Assembly: GCF_001447785.1 (NCBI RefSeq)
Contig: NW_015173156.1
Span: forward strand, 525,067-589,066
From: Gekko japonicus
Lineage: Eukaryota
DNA length: 64,000 bases
Reading direction: 5' to 3'
In this document: positions 12,873-26,215 of the stretch, one piece after another
Layout of the letters: each line of letters begins with the position of its first letter
How positions within the stretch are numbered: position 1 is the first letter of the stretch
Program-made: the position numbers and the translations under genes
The notes under the pieces: generated by a model
What the model saw: the letters and a program-made list of their open reading frames with translations, nothing else
Database searches by the model: none
What the model was told of the DNA's origin: nothing

Positions 12873-15800
12873 CCCCAAAACTGCCAAATATTCATTGGGG
12901 GGGGGGGGCCTTCTCTCAGACTGCTTCCATCCAGTATAAGAGACAGCTATGGATTTGACATTCTGAGCCAACCTTTTATGTTGGAGCACAAATGCATCAC
13001 CATTTATTTATCTGTAAAGTCTAATTGTAAAGTGGGTGGCTTATGTCAGTCAGCAAATCTAGACCACCCATAGACAAGGTAAGGATTTCTATACTCAGGT
13101 GACTCTCGAGGTATGGAGGGAAAGTGCACATGCATCAAACAAAGGTTTTGTACAGTCAGGTGATCCCCCAGGCATGAAGAAAGATATTAGTTCGTAAAAA
13201 TTTTCTGAAAGGCTCCTAAAATTGCCCAATGAAGAGTGAGCATGCTCATTTCACTAAATCAGAATTATTTCTAAAAAGAAAGAATATATAGGCAGATGAA
13301 GAAACTGGCTGGAGACTGGATTTCTCAGAACCCAAAGAGGTTACAGTATTTTACATCAGGAGATTTGGGTGGGGATTTTTGTAGGTTCCCAACTTGTATA
13401 TAATTATCACTGATGTAAAAATGTTTATGCATTCCATCTGTGGTACAAGCAACATTGTGAGTATTCTTTGATCATCACCATGAAGCAGAAACTGGTATTG
13501 AATGCAACAGCCTGAAAATCTTAGCATTTAAATACACACACACACACACGCTATTGCATCTTTTCAATCTCAGCTGTTTTAAGCTGAGTAAAAGTATACT
13601 GAAAATATAACCCGGCATTTATATTCCTCATCCCTGCCCCAGCACAGGATGAAAATATTAACTTCTGAATTAGTTGATAATGTTAATATCAAACATGCCA
13701 TTTGGGCAAACAATCAGGGGGATGATCTGGCACAATTAATAAGTCTGCAAAAGGATAAGATGCCAAAATATGTCAAGTACCAGGATAATAAAGCTCCCGC
13801 TGTCCTGAGTCTTCCTGCCAGCTTCATTCAGCAATCAGAATTACTCATTTGGCACCATTCTCACAGCAACCTTTTTATTTCTAATGATGCACTTGGTTTT
13901 AAATGCAGGTCATAAGAAATATTTATATTCAATTTAGTTAGTTAGGTATGTTTATTTTTGGACAATTGAACAGCCTGGTACAAAACCAGCTGCAGAACTT
14001 CTATGGTATTTGTTTTACAACAGCCAGTTCAGTAGAAAGGTATGCAGACTAATATAGACAATCTTCTGTCCAAAACACTTTGCCACTGAGCAGATCTTGG
14101 GCTGTCATACAGAGAGTATGGAACCTGGTATTAGGAATTTAATATATATGCATTTTCTGCCATCTTGTGGTCAAACAGTGACAACATTAACTCTTGCCTT
14201 TTCTGGTTTTAAAATTTAACCCAAATAACTAGATATCTATTATCTAATAGCTAGTGTGTGGAATTCTCTGCAATGTCTCTCTTTTCTCATAAATCACATG
14301 TGAATTCATATTAAGAAAATACTGAAGGATTATACCATACTTTGTTATGTTAATTGCCAGCAGAGGTGCTAATCCAAAAATGCTGGATCTCTTTGTATAC
14401 CAAAATGAATTAACATTATAACATTTTTGCCTGTTTTTGCGACATATATATATATATATATAATACCTGTAAAAGCACCTCTCTGTAGTGTACTGAGGTG
14501 ACGTATGTTATGCTACTTCCTTGCCTTCCTTAGTGTTTCCTGTTTATTTTTCCTGCCACCAAAGGCTCTCGCCTTGAAATTCTTAGCTGGCTCAGTTATT
14601 TGGTAGAATGACAGAAGAGCAAGGGGGAGGGGGAGGCTCTGAGGTAAAAGGGGAATACTTTATTCTAAATTATACAATTGTTTTATCTTAAACAGAAACA
14701 GAGTTTATTTAGAAGTGTAACAGTGTAATGGTTTCAACAGAGGTGATAAGCCTAATGTTTTTAGATAGGTACAGTTCTTCTTTCTGTACAGTTCCTTAAA
14801 TAGACCTAACTACAAAGGCTTATTTTCTCATTTGCCACTTAGGCTAATAATGTCCACGAAGCTTAATTTCCTAACTTGCCACTTAGGCTAATAACCTCCA
14901 CAAAGAACACAGATTTCTCTCACACTCTACAGCACCTCAGTCAGTCTCTCTTCCCAACACACTCTGAACAAGCCCCTCTCTCCAAGCAAGTCAACTCCAC
15001 CCCCCTACGGTTCAGCTACCACCTAATCATAACACACTTCAGTCACCTATCATTCTTACTCTAGAGGCCTGCCTTTTTAAACCTCATATAAAACCTCACA
15101 TTAAAACACAGAAATAAAACCCATACACAATCAAAGGGCCACATTTCTCCATGTATATTTAACCTTGTGGCCATTAACAGCAAACCTAAATAAAATGATC
15201 ATACAACACTTCATTTTCCTATCAGGCCCAATCCCACCCCTCTCCAGACTGTTTCAGGCTGAGAAAATGCCATGGGCCATTTCTCCATGTGCTCTGTGGT
15301 CCTGATCCCAACTGGGCAAACATACATGCAAAAACTGAGCAGAGCTTACAACTGACATTGGGTAGGAACACCAGATGCTACCTGTGTGTACTCCATAATG
15401 TGTAAAAAGGTCTCCAAGATAGCTAATTACTAAGTAACAGAATAGAGTTGGAGACTTTCTCAATTTCTCCAGGTGGATTAGAGCTTTGCCTTCCCATGGC
15501 TGAACAACCATGAATGCAATCAAGTCACATCCACAGACCATAGTGGATCACATACTTTAAGCACCATTGTGCCAGCATAACTAATAAGACAGGTAAGGAA
15601 ATAATATGTGAATCTCTGGGGAAATCAGCCAATTTGTTTGCTCTCTCTGGCTAATAAAAGAAGCATGCTTATTGTTGACTTTTTAATCAAAATGCAAAGC
15701 TCAAAGGAAACTGTAAAAAAGGTATCCTCATGTTTCTCGACCACAGGACCACTTCTTTGATAAGCCAAGAAGGAAATAACAAGATTAAAGTTTGCACTGT

Positions 15801-16365
15801 AGGCCATCCACAAAGGAGATGCACTCCACTAAATCTTATCCACAAACAGACTTTACATATTTAAATTTTATTTATTTTAAATATTTGTATCCTGCATTTG
15901 CCCCAAATTGCTCAAGACTGGAATATGCACAGCGGGGGAGTAAGGCACATTAAACACAACCAACTAACTCTGATGTTTGTAAATGAGAAAACAGAAATCT
16001 GTAATTCTGATACACAGTAATGCACAGGCAATGTACAAAAATAACATTAAAATCTAATAGAGATCTTTATCATAGGTCCCTTATAGCTGTGGTGCAAATT
16101 CTTCACTAAGCTTTCATCATGTTTTGCAAAGGTTTCACCAAAGTTTCACTGGGTCAACCCAAGTTTTGTCAGTTAAGCTTACCAATGTTCACAGTAGGTT
16201 CACAAAGTTACAGCAGAGATTTAGCTAACGATTTTATCGCACATTTAATTGGGGGTTTCTTGGAATTTATGGACAGGGGCCCTTTCACCAGCAATTTGAC
16301 CATTTCCAGTGCAAAAACAAAATCTTCTGATGGTTAACGTTAAGCTCTTTATTACAAATACTTAC

Positions 16366-16444
16366 TGACTAATTGATTCAATAGCAGTCTTCTCTTCACT
16401 AGCATTGGCTTCTTCATCACTGTCAGAATCAGCCCCATGCTCAC
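16366..16444 (-). CDS. CAAP1: CAAP1 exon 4 (GEHGADSDSDEEANASEEKTAIESIS)
   Basis: tttcaag| acceptor, |GTAAGT donor; 79 nt; acidic; phases fit both neighbours. Confidence 0.88.
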
Positions 16445-17563
16445 CTTGAAATAAAATATTACTGTGAGTTGCAACATCTTGGGAGCATTTCCTCTGTCTT
16501 GTTACTGCTGTGTCTAAGTAAAAGATTGTTATGGATGACAAGTGAAAGCATACAGTGTGACTGCTTGAGTGAAGCCTGGAGAGGAGAAGACTTTTGGAAC
16601 TGGAATGCCATCAGTGAAGGAGACATCAGTCTGAGTTTGCAGTTCGCTGACAAGAAGAAGCTTCAGCAAGTTCCAAGGGTATGCGATTTCTTTGTAGAGA
16701 GTATAGGCTACTTTAAAGACTACTGCATGCTTGCTGTCCCATGCTCAACTAGTACTTTTATAAGTAAGCAGACATTACACACCTCCAGTAAACTCTCTTT
16801 ACAAAACAGCTATTCTTGTAAAAGGCTGTCCTTGGAAGTTTTTATTACCTGGAGCAGTGAGGAGAGAGAAATAATACCACATAGCCAAATAGGCTTTGCC
16901 AAATTTCTCCTGTAAAATTAAACCTAGCATTTTTAGAGTATCTACATGTTATACTGGTACTGTATAGAAATCCTAAGCAGGTCTGTGCAAAGTCCTATTT
17001 TATGTAACTGGGCTTACTCCCAGGAAAGTGATCTTCAAGTTGATTGCAAAATTTCCCACTTTCTTTAACCACTTTGGCCATTCCCTCTTATTGTGTTCTA
17101 TGCCTGAAATTCCCTCCCAGAACGCTTACATTGTGTGTTCTCTCTAATCTCTCCTTCTTCACAACCTTCCTCAAAACCCAACCTTTCCAATAAGTTTTGA
17201 GCCCTTGATTCTCATCTCCAACTGAATGAAGCCAATTAAAAGCCTGGGCTCTCTTTGTGGGAGCTGATCTTCCCAAACTTCCTGTTATCCCAGCAGCTGC
17301 CTGCATCCCACCTAAATCAGCTACTTGAGGTGGAAACCTTTAAGAACAATATGCTGTGCAGATATGAGGGGCTAAAGCAAGGACAGGTATTGGGCAAAAT
17401 GGACCCTCTCACACCAACAGAGGAAGCTCTACCCCAGTCATGCAAGAGTTAGAGGAAAGTGATTTAATCTTTCTTTGCTATTCTTAGACCAGTATCACTT
17501 CATAGTTTCAGAGTAATATAATACCAATTTAAATGTATCATTGTATTCTATAATAGTGGTTAC

Positions 17564-17648
17564 CTTCAAGAATTTTCAATAATTTCTTCTCAGACATGAG
17601 TTCCAACTGTTCAAGACAAAGCCTTTTGATTTCTTCTACGGAACAGTT
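17564..17648 (-). CDS. CAAP1: CAAP1 exon 3 (NCSVEEIKRLCLEQLELMSEKKLLKILE)
   Basis: gcctag| acceptor, |GTAACC donor; 85 nt. Confidence 0.94.
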
Positions 17649-17767
17649 CTAGGCAAAGTGAAGTTTTAAAAAAAAGATTTTTACAACAATAATATTTTAG
17701 AAAAGAGTTTGGACAAGTCAAGCAATGTAAGCGCTCACAATCTGAAGTACTAATCCCTGCAATAACA

Positions 17768-17960
17768 AATAAATTCAGGTAGGTAGCCATGTTGGTGTGA
17801 AGCAGCAGAACAAAGTCTGAGTCCAGCGGCACCTTTAAGACCAACAAATTTTTATTCAAGGTATAAGCTTTTGAAGAAGTGTGCTTGCACACAAAAGCTT
17901 ATACCTTGAATAAAACTTTGTTGGTCTTAAAGGTGCTGCTGGACTCAGACTTTGTTCTAC
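17768..17960. repeat. Palindromic repeat, probably Penelope-like element terminus; 67-bp arms
   Basis: Arms 17807-17873 and 17892-17958 differ at 2 positions; related fragment near 52637-52688. Confidence 0.65.
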
Positions 17961-18018
17961 AATAAAGAATGTTAAGACAATAGTTAGGTAAGCGAAAGAT
18001 ATGCAAAATCTTCTTACA

Positions 18019-18459
18019 CAGGAGTCTCCAACCTTCTAAAACATGTGGACACCTTTGAAATTTTGACACAGGGTGGTGCGTGCAACCACAAAACGGCTGC
18101 CACAGGATGCGGAGCCTGCCACAAAATGTCAGTGAACGAAGTGAAGATATGCATAACTTTAACAGGAACACCTCATCATAGCAGGAAGAAGCTCGGTTTT
18201 ATGGGATGCTTTTCAAAATGAACATACTGTTTATGAGAAAACATCTTTATACATACAGCTTATCTTCAGTCACACAAGGGAAACCCTGGCGCTGTGGAAG
18301 CACCTGCTGCCACAGCAACATTTTTAAAAAGCTGCACGGCCAATCGTATCTCCAATAGCCAATCACAAATCCTGTCCACTTTCTAAAGCACTTGGCAGGC
18401 ACCAGAAAAGGCACTGGGAGGCACAATGGCACCCCTGGGCACCACGCTGGGGATCCCTG
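18019..18459. mobile_element. hAT-Charlie-like non-autonomous DNA transposon
   Basis: Ends caggagtctccaac/gctggggatccctg; degenerate TSD ttcttaca/ttctaagt. Confidence 0.6.
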
Positions 18460-18812
18460 TTCTAAGTGCCAACAACATTTCTATCTGAATCCTGACAGTC
18501 CAATAAAGACTATTCAAGCTTCTGTTTTTATTCATTATACTCAAGAAAACAGTCTACAACTTTATGGATAATATCAGTCCTGCTGCTATGGAACATCCAG
18601 CACCTAAAGTTTTAATATAATCTTCTCTACTCAGTGAAATGATTTTGAAGGCACTTTGATTATACAAAGAGTGCTAGTGAAACTTGACGCTAACTTATAT
18701 GAATTATGTAATTGTCCATTTCTTTAAACATCAGACAATATGGGTACGGATGTAATACTGCCGTCAAATGCCCAATTAAGCGATGTTTAAATAAAAACGT
18801 ACTAATTGTAGC

Positions 18813-19018
18813 CAGTGTTCCCTCTAAGCTGAGTTAGTGTGAGCTAGCTCACAGTTTTTTAACCTCCAGCTCACAGATTTTTGTCTTCGCTCAGGAAGGA
18901 TGGCTCCAGAGCAAACTAATTCATGCAATAGCCAAATCGCTCGCTCACAACTTTAATGCCAATAGCTCACAAAGTAGATTTTTTGCTCACAAGACTCCAC
19001 AGCTTAGAGGGAACACTG
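18813..19018 (+). mobile_element. 206-bp hAT-like MITE
   Basis: Same TIRs as 9971-10176; TSD partly eroded. Confidence 0.88.
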
Positions 19019-19595
19019 TAGCTTCCCTCTCCTTTCCCTTGTGAGGTCCATTGAAAGCATGGTGGTTAACCAGAAATTTGCTGTCCCCCACTGACTGGGA
19101 TCCTTAAACCAGGCAGGTGAGGATCCCATTTAGCAGAAGTAGTGAGGAGAGGAGAATAGGGAGGAAGGAGGCATGCATGCACACACAAGCTGGGTCCGTG
19201 AACAGTTTTATTTAACTGCAGTCAATCAGATGTCTGAATGCAAGCACTAATTCCCTGCAGACTGCTATCCACAGAAATCCTTCCCTCTTCTTGAATAAAA
19301 TCCACCCTTCACAACAATCGACTCAAATGACAATAACTGTGATTACACCTAGTCGGGATTTACCTTACCCAGAGATCTGTAACGGGATGAAAATTGCGAT
19401 TTCAGACCCTAGTTTATTTAACCACTATTGTCAGAAAAGCAACAAGAAACTCTACAAGGGTTCCAGTATTTTCAGTTACTCCAAGCCATTCCAGCCATAC
19501 ACACACCCTTCCTCAGTCCACTTCAAATTCTGTATATCCCTGTCTCTGTGGCAGGCTTGCAAATTGCCACTAGCCTGGAGGGTACCAGGCAACCT

Positions 19596-19870
19596 TAGGG
19601 CTGCCAAGTGGGGGCGGGTGGCGGGTAAACCCCCGCTTTGGAGGCCCAATTTCTGCCGCCACGGAATCGGGCCCCGGGGGGAACTCCGCCCCCCCCGAAG
19701 CGCAGCATGGCTGCGTCACCATAGGTGACGCAACCACGTCGATCACGTTGGGGGCGTGGTCCCGATCGTCGGAGGGAAAACTCTATGGTTCCCTCTGACT
19801 CTATGGTTTTCTCTCCGACGATCGGGGCCATGCCCTCAACGTGATCGAAGTCACGCGTCACTTCTGGCTA
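19596..19870. mobile_element. Truncated TAGGG-type hAT-like MITE with ~55-bp internal inverted repeat
   Basis: tagggctgcca start; arms ~19725-19780 and ~19806-19861; layout like 21532-21892. Confidence 0.5.
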
Positions 19871-21531
19871 GAAGATCAATCTGCAAAGTTACTTTGTGGC
19901 ATCTACAGTGGAGGTGGACCTCAGTGTAGGTGGCTGGATGACTCTGCGGAGACTCTTAACACTAAGCCTCCTCTGTAGCCTTGGGGAAGAAATGCAACAA
20001 AGACAGAGCAGTTAAGGGAGAAAGGCTCTCTCCGCTCACTCCAGGTTAAAAAATGTATTAACTCCCGGCTGGTATATGATATTATAATCTGAATACCTGT
20101 GCCTTTCCTTGACCAACTGAAACACTGCAATACTCTGACAGAGTACAAAATGTGTACTATGTTGTTAGTTTATTCTTAAATCCTGCTAGTCTCCGCTGTC
20201 TAGAGTTGCTATATTTCCTAGCAAGTAGATCAGAAGTCTCTTGGGAGTATTGCTCTTTTTTAATTATAAATGACTTATTTATAAACTGCCAGGTTGCCAC
20301 ACTCATCTCTGATGGCGTTGGCGTTACGTCCAATTAAAGAAAAATTTCAACATCCCCGTGGAAATGCTATAATTATATGCTACATTATTCCATATGCCAC
20401 CGTAATTAATGTTATTTACATTTCCAGCCCGTGCAGTGCCAAGGACTGTGCAATAGTATTTCTTTTAAAAACATACACAGATAAAGAGTGTCTTTGTAGC
20501 CGTCTGATCTTGCTGAACTACTGCTGAGCCAGATAATAAATGCATAGGATGGCACACATTATATAGGGCTCCCAAGCGTTAATTGGTAGGTTAATCAGTG
20601 AAAACCTTAGTTGATTAATCAGCATGAAAACATTTTAACTGTTGGGGTTTGGCAAACCTGTAGGTCACAGTAATGAAAAATATGAAAGTTGTCTCTTCTT
20701 TTCTACATGGACTAACAGCTTTGCTCTAGTCTATCATTTCCCAAATTTCTGATAGCTGAGGCTCAGTTTTTGCGGAGTTAAACCTGAACCCATGCTTCAT
20801 TTACATCCAGAAACATTGGCTTTTAGAATGTGGCACAGGAAAGTGTTTCTGCTTACACAGGAGCCCTTGCCTCCTCGCCCTGTTTATACCTCTGAGCCAC
20901 TGTTCTGGTTGGAAGAAGGCAAGCCCAGAATAGCATTTCATGCAGATGGCAGCTTCCTCAGCAAGTTGGTTCTTAGACCCATAGGATCTTTTAATTATTG
21001 CTTGTGGCAGGCAGTTCTCTCACTCCATCTCTGGGAATTACTGGTTTATTCAATGGAAAGCTATTTTTTCCCCTCTCATGAATATCAGTATATGGCAACT
21101 TTGCTGATATGCAAATTTAGAACTGTTTAAGAGGAAGACTATTAACCAGCCAAAAATTCTCTAATCAGCTGACAGTCCTAATATTGAACATTGTGGCATC
21201 AGAAGTCATAAGATTATACTGAAAAGGGCAGATGCTGCAGCATGTGCAGGAAAAAAGCACAGAAATGGCAATGTAGTTTGACGGTTGGGTATGGCTGGAA
21301 CAACCAAGATGCCTCATCACCTGAGGACACAGAAACGTGACACTGATGCTTATTTCAACTATCTAGTGAGGCCTGTGCATGGCTGGCTCTGAGAAAACTC
21401 ATGCTGATATCTCACTACTTGATCCTTTTAACTGAATCTAGACATGCACTCATATGTATAACCATCACAGAAATAAAAAGAGAGCCATTAAGGCAATAAA
21501 GCAATCACAGGAATACTCCAATTAATGATTC

Positions 21532-21892
21532 TAGGGTTGCCAAAACCCTGGGCGGGGCAGGGGTTGTCCCAATTTCAGGGGCTCCAATCTGCTACCAGCC
21601 AGCTGGCTGACAAAGGAAGCCCCACCCCCAAACAGCCCCCTCCCATTTCAGCGTGATTACATCACACGGAAGTGATGTCATCACGCTGGGCACATCACAC
21701 AGCCATGCTCTAGTATTTTGGCTCTATGAGTTTTCGGCTCTATGAGTTTTGCCCAAAAAGCTAGAGCATCACCACACAACGTGCCCAGTGTGATGATGTC
21801 ACGTACAGTGACATTGCCTCACCCTCCCCACTCCCGGAAGGCTCCCCCCACACACACACACACTGGCTGGGTAAGTAGACCTGGCAACCCTA
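21532..21892. mobile_element. hAT-like MITE (TAGGGTTGCCA TIR)
   Basis: TIR tagggttgcca/tggcaacccta; TSD aatgattc/aattattc; internal palindrome. Confidence 0.8.
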
Positions 21893-22937
21893 AATTATTC
21901 GAATATGTAACAAAAAGTTCCCAGTTTTCCATAGAGGATCAATACCTTTTGGAGTCTCCTTCACCTTCTCTAAACCTAATCAAATGAATAAGTTTGTTCA
22001 TGAATAACATATCCCCAAACTACTGAACCAGCCTTCTGCCAAAGCAACAATTTCATTTTTCCCCCCATAAGTGTTTTTTTATTTTGAACAACATCTTCAA
22101 CAGTACATTCATAACACATATTAACACCGAGTATTAACCAACATTTCAACCTTTAAGAGTCCTTATTAAAAATATAACAGATCTTTGTAATAAGAGTTAT
22201 TTGGAATCACTCCTTCTTCTGCGAGATAAGTCACTGCTGGGAACCAAATTGCTTGAAAACTTTTTGGATAAGAGACAATTTTACCATAGATAAAGTGTTC
22301 CCAGACTTTGTTTTTGCCAACAATGGAGAGTAGGTTGATTTTTGTTTTTCCAGTACTGGGCTAATGTTATTCGTGCGATAATTTAGGCCAAAATATCTTA
22401 TCATTTAACTTCTACTGCATGCTTTATGTAACCCAGAGAAAAGACAACAGTGGCACTCCATGCAGTTAGGCCATCTTAAATCCCTCTAACATCAATGAGA
22501 TCGAAGCAACCTTACTTCATATAGGATTACTGCAACCAACAGGAATTGCATAGTACACCTTTAATATATGAAATACTTTTCCAGTTCCAGCTCAGATATC
22601 ATAACTACAGGAAACATGAAAAGGGCTTTATGGCATGTTTCTGATTCTCCCCCTCCCCAAATAAACAAGCTGTAATGACAGATTTGGTTTATTAAATTTT
22701 TTGTCATGTTTCCCTTAACATTTGTTACAAAAACACTAATACAAGCTAAAAAGGCAAAAATGATTTGCCTGAAATTTGACAATGTAGGTATAATTTAACA
22801 AGTATACTGATTTGGAGAGCAGAGGTTCATTTCATGATGGTGATCGTAATTTAATTACATTATTAGCCAACATAGGGACTAATTTTTTTAAAAGCAAAAT
22901 TGCAGGCTATAAGCATTCTCAGACTAATAAACAGTAC

Positions 22938-23138
22938 CTTTAAAACATCAGGCAGCATTTTCTGCAATTTCTTCTCCCCTACGATACAAAAGCACTGTTG
23001 AAGCATTTCCTTCTTGTCTGTAATGTAGAAACTAACTGGCTTCAGCTGCACACTGAGGTCTAATCCACCTTCTTCTATGTCACTGGGTTCTTCTCCCACC
23101 TCCTCCTTTCCTGAAACTTGTACAGTACATTTTGTTTC
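22938..23138 (-). CDS. CAAP1: CAAP1 exon 2 (ETKCTVQ...SDIEEGGLDLSVQLKPVSFYITDKKEMLQQCFCIVGEKKLQKMLPDVLK)
   Basis: Highly recognisable CAAP1 core; ttttag| acceptor, |GTACTG donor; 201 nt. Confidence 0.95.
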
Positions 23139-24140
23139 CTAAAATATAAAGACAGAAAAATGTTTCAGTCATCAACGGGAAGAATACCTCTTTTACTGGA
23201 TAATAATCTTAGCAACTAAGCTCTACCTAGAGAACTGAGGGAGCAGCCCTAAGCAGATCTACTTAGAAGTAAGTCTCACACTATTCAGTGGATCTTACTC
23301 ACAGATGAAGTGTCCTTAGGACTGCAGCATGGGTCAATTAAACTGCTTGTGCACAGAAGGTAATAGCTTTCTGTGTGATTTTGTACAATCTAAAATCATA
23401 GAGCCTTATAAACTCGACAGAAGCAATTATGTATGTCGGCATTTTAACATGATTCATAAGCCTGAATTCCACATAGCTGATTTGAAAGATCAGAAGGTTA
23501 ACAATGATATTTACAAAGAAAAAGTGCAGAGAGCATTGATAGAGAAATATAATTCTCTCAAACACTACAATTAAGGGTAGCTCAGTGAAAACTGATTGCT
23601 CAAGGTAATAACAAAAGCAGTAAAAACACATTGCATTTATACAGCACGTTAGAGTATCCCAGGCATTTCTCAGCTAACATATCAAGACACGCAGCAAAAT
23701 AAATAATAGAATGGTAAGTTGGTAGAACCTGGGACCCTTATACTCACAGGACCACGTCCCCCCATATAGAAGGCAGTTAAGATCCTCACAGCAAGGTTTG
23801 GTATGTATTCCTTGTTGTGGCCGTCCACACCAGAGTCAGTGAGGAAGGCTTTGACTCTCTTGGGCTTTTGGAGGAGATTTAAAACAACTTTTTGTAAGGT
23901 TAGTCAAAGGGTTATAATTATATTTGTGGGCTATGCGTGAGTATTGTTGGTCTTTGTGCTGCGTTAACACTGTAGCTTTAATTGTTCATTCCTTGTATGT
24001 CTCACCCTGGGTCCCGAAAGGGTTTAGAAAGCTAGGTTAATTCAAGACAAATAAACAAAAATAGAGCCAAACACATCACTCATTTCTTTAAAAATGATGG
24101 CAAGTAAAATGTTAGCACATCAAGGGAAAACAGTTCTAGC

Positions 24141-25609
24141 TAGAGTTGCCAGCTCTGGGTTGGGAAAATACCTGGAGATTTTGGGGGCAGAGCCTGAGGA
24201 GGCCGGAGTTTGGGGAGGGACCTCAGCAGGGTACAAAGCCATAGAATCCACCCTCCAAAGCGGCTATTTTCTCCAAGGGGATCGATTTTGATCATCTGGA
24301 GATGCTATTCTACATCTATATGTGCCCCCTCACCCAGCTAATCCAGGGGGTTGAGCTGGGTTGTCACCAGTACGCTGATGACACCCAGCTGTATCTGTTA
24401 ATGGATGGATGGCCGGACTCTGCCCTGGATATTTTGTCGACAGCTTTAGAGGCTGTGGCTGACTGGTTACAACAGAGTCAGTTGAAACTTAATTCAGTGA
24501 AGACAGAGGTCCTGTTCCTGAGCTTTGGGGGGATGGGTTCGGGAATCCGACTCCCAGCCCTTGGTGGGGTGCCACTGACACCGGCACCTCTGGATGCCTC
24601 CCTTTCTATGGAGGCCCAGGTCAATAATGTTTATTTTATTTAATTTTTCTGGATTTGTATCCCACCCTCCGCTTAACGGGCTTAATATTGCCAGATCAGC
24701 CTTCTACCATCTATGGCTGGTCAGGCAACTGGTTCCCTACCTTCCTCCCATGACTTGGTGACAGTGATCCATGCAATGGTCCCTTCCAGGCTTGATTACT
24801 GCAACTCGCTCTATGTGGGCCTACCCTTGAACCTGATTCGGAAATTTCAGCGGGTACGAAATGCAGCAGTGTGTCTGCTGACTGGGACATTTGTGTGGGC
24901 ACACATTCAGCCGGTGTTGCGCCAACTGCAATGGTTGCCAGTTGATTACCAAGTTAGGTTCAAGGTTATGGTATTAACCTTTAAGGCCTTATGCAGCCAG
25001 GGACCAGCATACTTGCGGGACCGTCTCTCCCCATACCTTGCACTCTTCTGACCAGCACCATTTAGTAGTCCCTGGCCCGAAAGACATCCGTCTCACTTTG
25101 ACCAGGGTCTGCCTTTTCAGCCCTGACCCAGCCTGGTGGAACATGCTCCCAACTGAGATCAGGGCCCTGAGGGATTTATTGCAAAATGGAGGTGCTCCAC
25201 CAGGCCTTTGGTTGAGGCAGCAGACATCAAAGAACATCAGCCTCCCCTGCCTCAATTGCCTCAACTCCCTTAATTACTCCATGGTGCTATTCATATTTAT
25301 TGGCACCAGGAGTGCTTGAGTTATTCCATCAGAATGATCCACCGCATTTCCCTGGCATGAACTCAGTGTACAATGAAATGAAACTAACCACTGAGCTGCT
25401 AGTTAGGTATTTTAAATTAGTCATTTAAATTTTAACTTTGTTGGAATTAATGTTTTGATTGATTCTATCTTTTATGGAATTGGCTGATTGTTTGACATGA
25501 TGTAAGCTCCTCTGAGCCCATTCGCGGGGTAGGGCAGGACAGAAATCCCAAGAATAAATAAACAAGTAGTGGGAGCTCTCCAGGTACCACCTGAATGTTG
25601 GCAACCCTA
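24141..25609. mobile_element. hAT-like MITE interrupted by an L2 insertion
   Basis: TIR tagagttgcca/tggcaacccta; perfect 8-bp TSD GTTCTAGC (24133-24140, 25610-25617). Confidence 0.8.
24304..25563 (+). mobile_element. L2-clade LINE 3' fragment (frameshifted RT C-terminus + 3'UTR)
   Basis: YADDTQLY RT motif, SRLDYCNSLY, LQWLPV..RFK, WWNMLP; (TAAA)n-like tail. Confidence 0.88.
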
Positions 25610-25742
25610 GTTCTAGCACAACTTACTTCATTGCACACTCTGATTTTCTGTCACCAATAACTTTTTTAATGTGGGGATTACTACAAAAGTGATTCCTGCC
25701 TTTCCGATCTCAAATATTGCAGTCCTATCACAGACTGAGAAC

Positions 25743-26215
25743 TGAATCATAAAATCATAAAGTTGGAAGGGACCTCCAGGGTCATCAATCCCCTGCACAA
25801 TGCAGGAAATTAACAAATACCTCCCTCTCCACACCCACATTGACCACTGTTCCACGCCCAGAAGATGACAAAAAAACCTCCAGGATCCCTGGCCAAACCG
25901 GCCTGGGGGAAAATTGCTTCCGGACCCCAAAGTGGCAATCAGCATTTCCCTGGGTGTGTAAGAAAGGGTCACAAGAACTAAGCACTGAGGCTACCCTTCC
26001 TGCCCTTCCTCTCATGATCTGCCTAAATTCACAGAATCCGCATTGCTGTCAGATGGCCATCCAGCCTATGTTTGAAAACCTCCAAAAAAGGAGAGCCCCC
26101 CATCTCCCAAGGAATCCTGTTCCACTGAGGAGCCACTCTAATTGTCAGAACGTTTTTCCTAATGTTTAGGCAAAAACTCTTCTGATTTAATTTCAACCTG
26201 TTGGTTCTGGTCCAA
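25743..26215 (-). mobile_element. CR1 LINE 3' fragment
   Basis: RTNRLKL...NIRKNVLTIR..WN..P..SPFLEVFK.RLD; (ATGATT)-like tail. Confidence 0.8.

Noticed and set aside
14600-15180. Possible second solo LTR
   Set aside because: LTR-like composition but no TG..CA ends with a TSD could be established.
16469-16915. 148-aa plus-strand ORF
   Set aside because: Non-ATG start, antisense within a CAAP1 intron, no recognisable homology.
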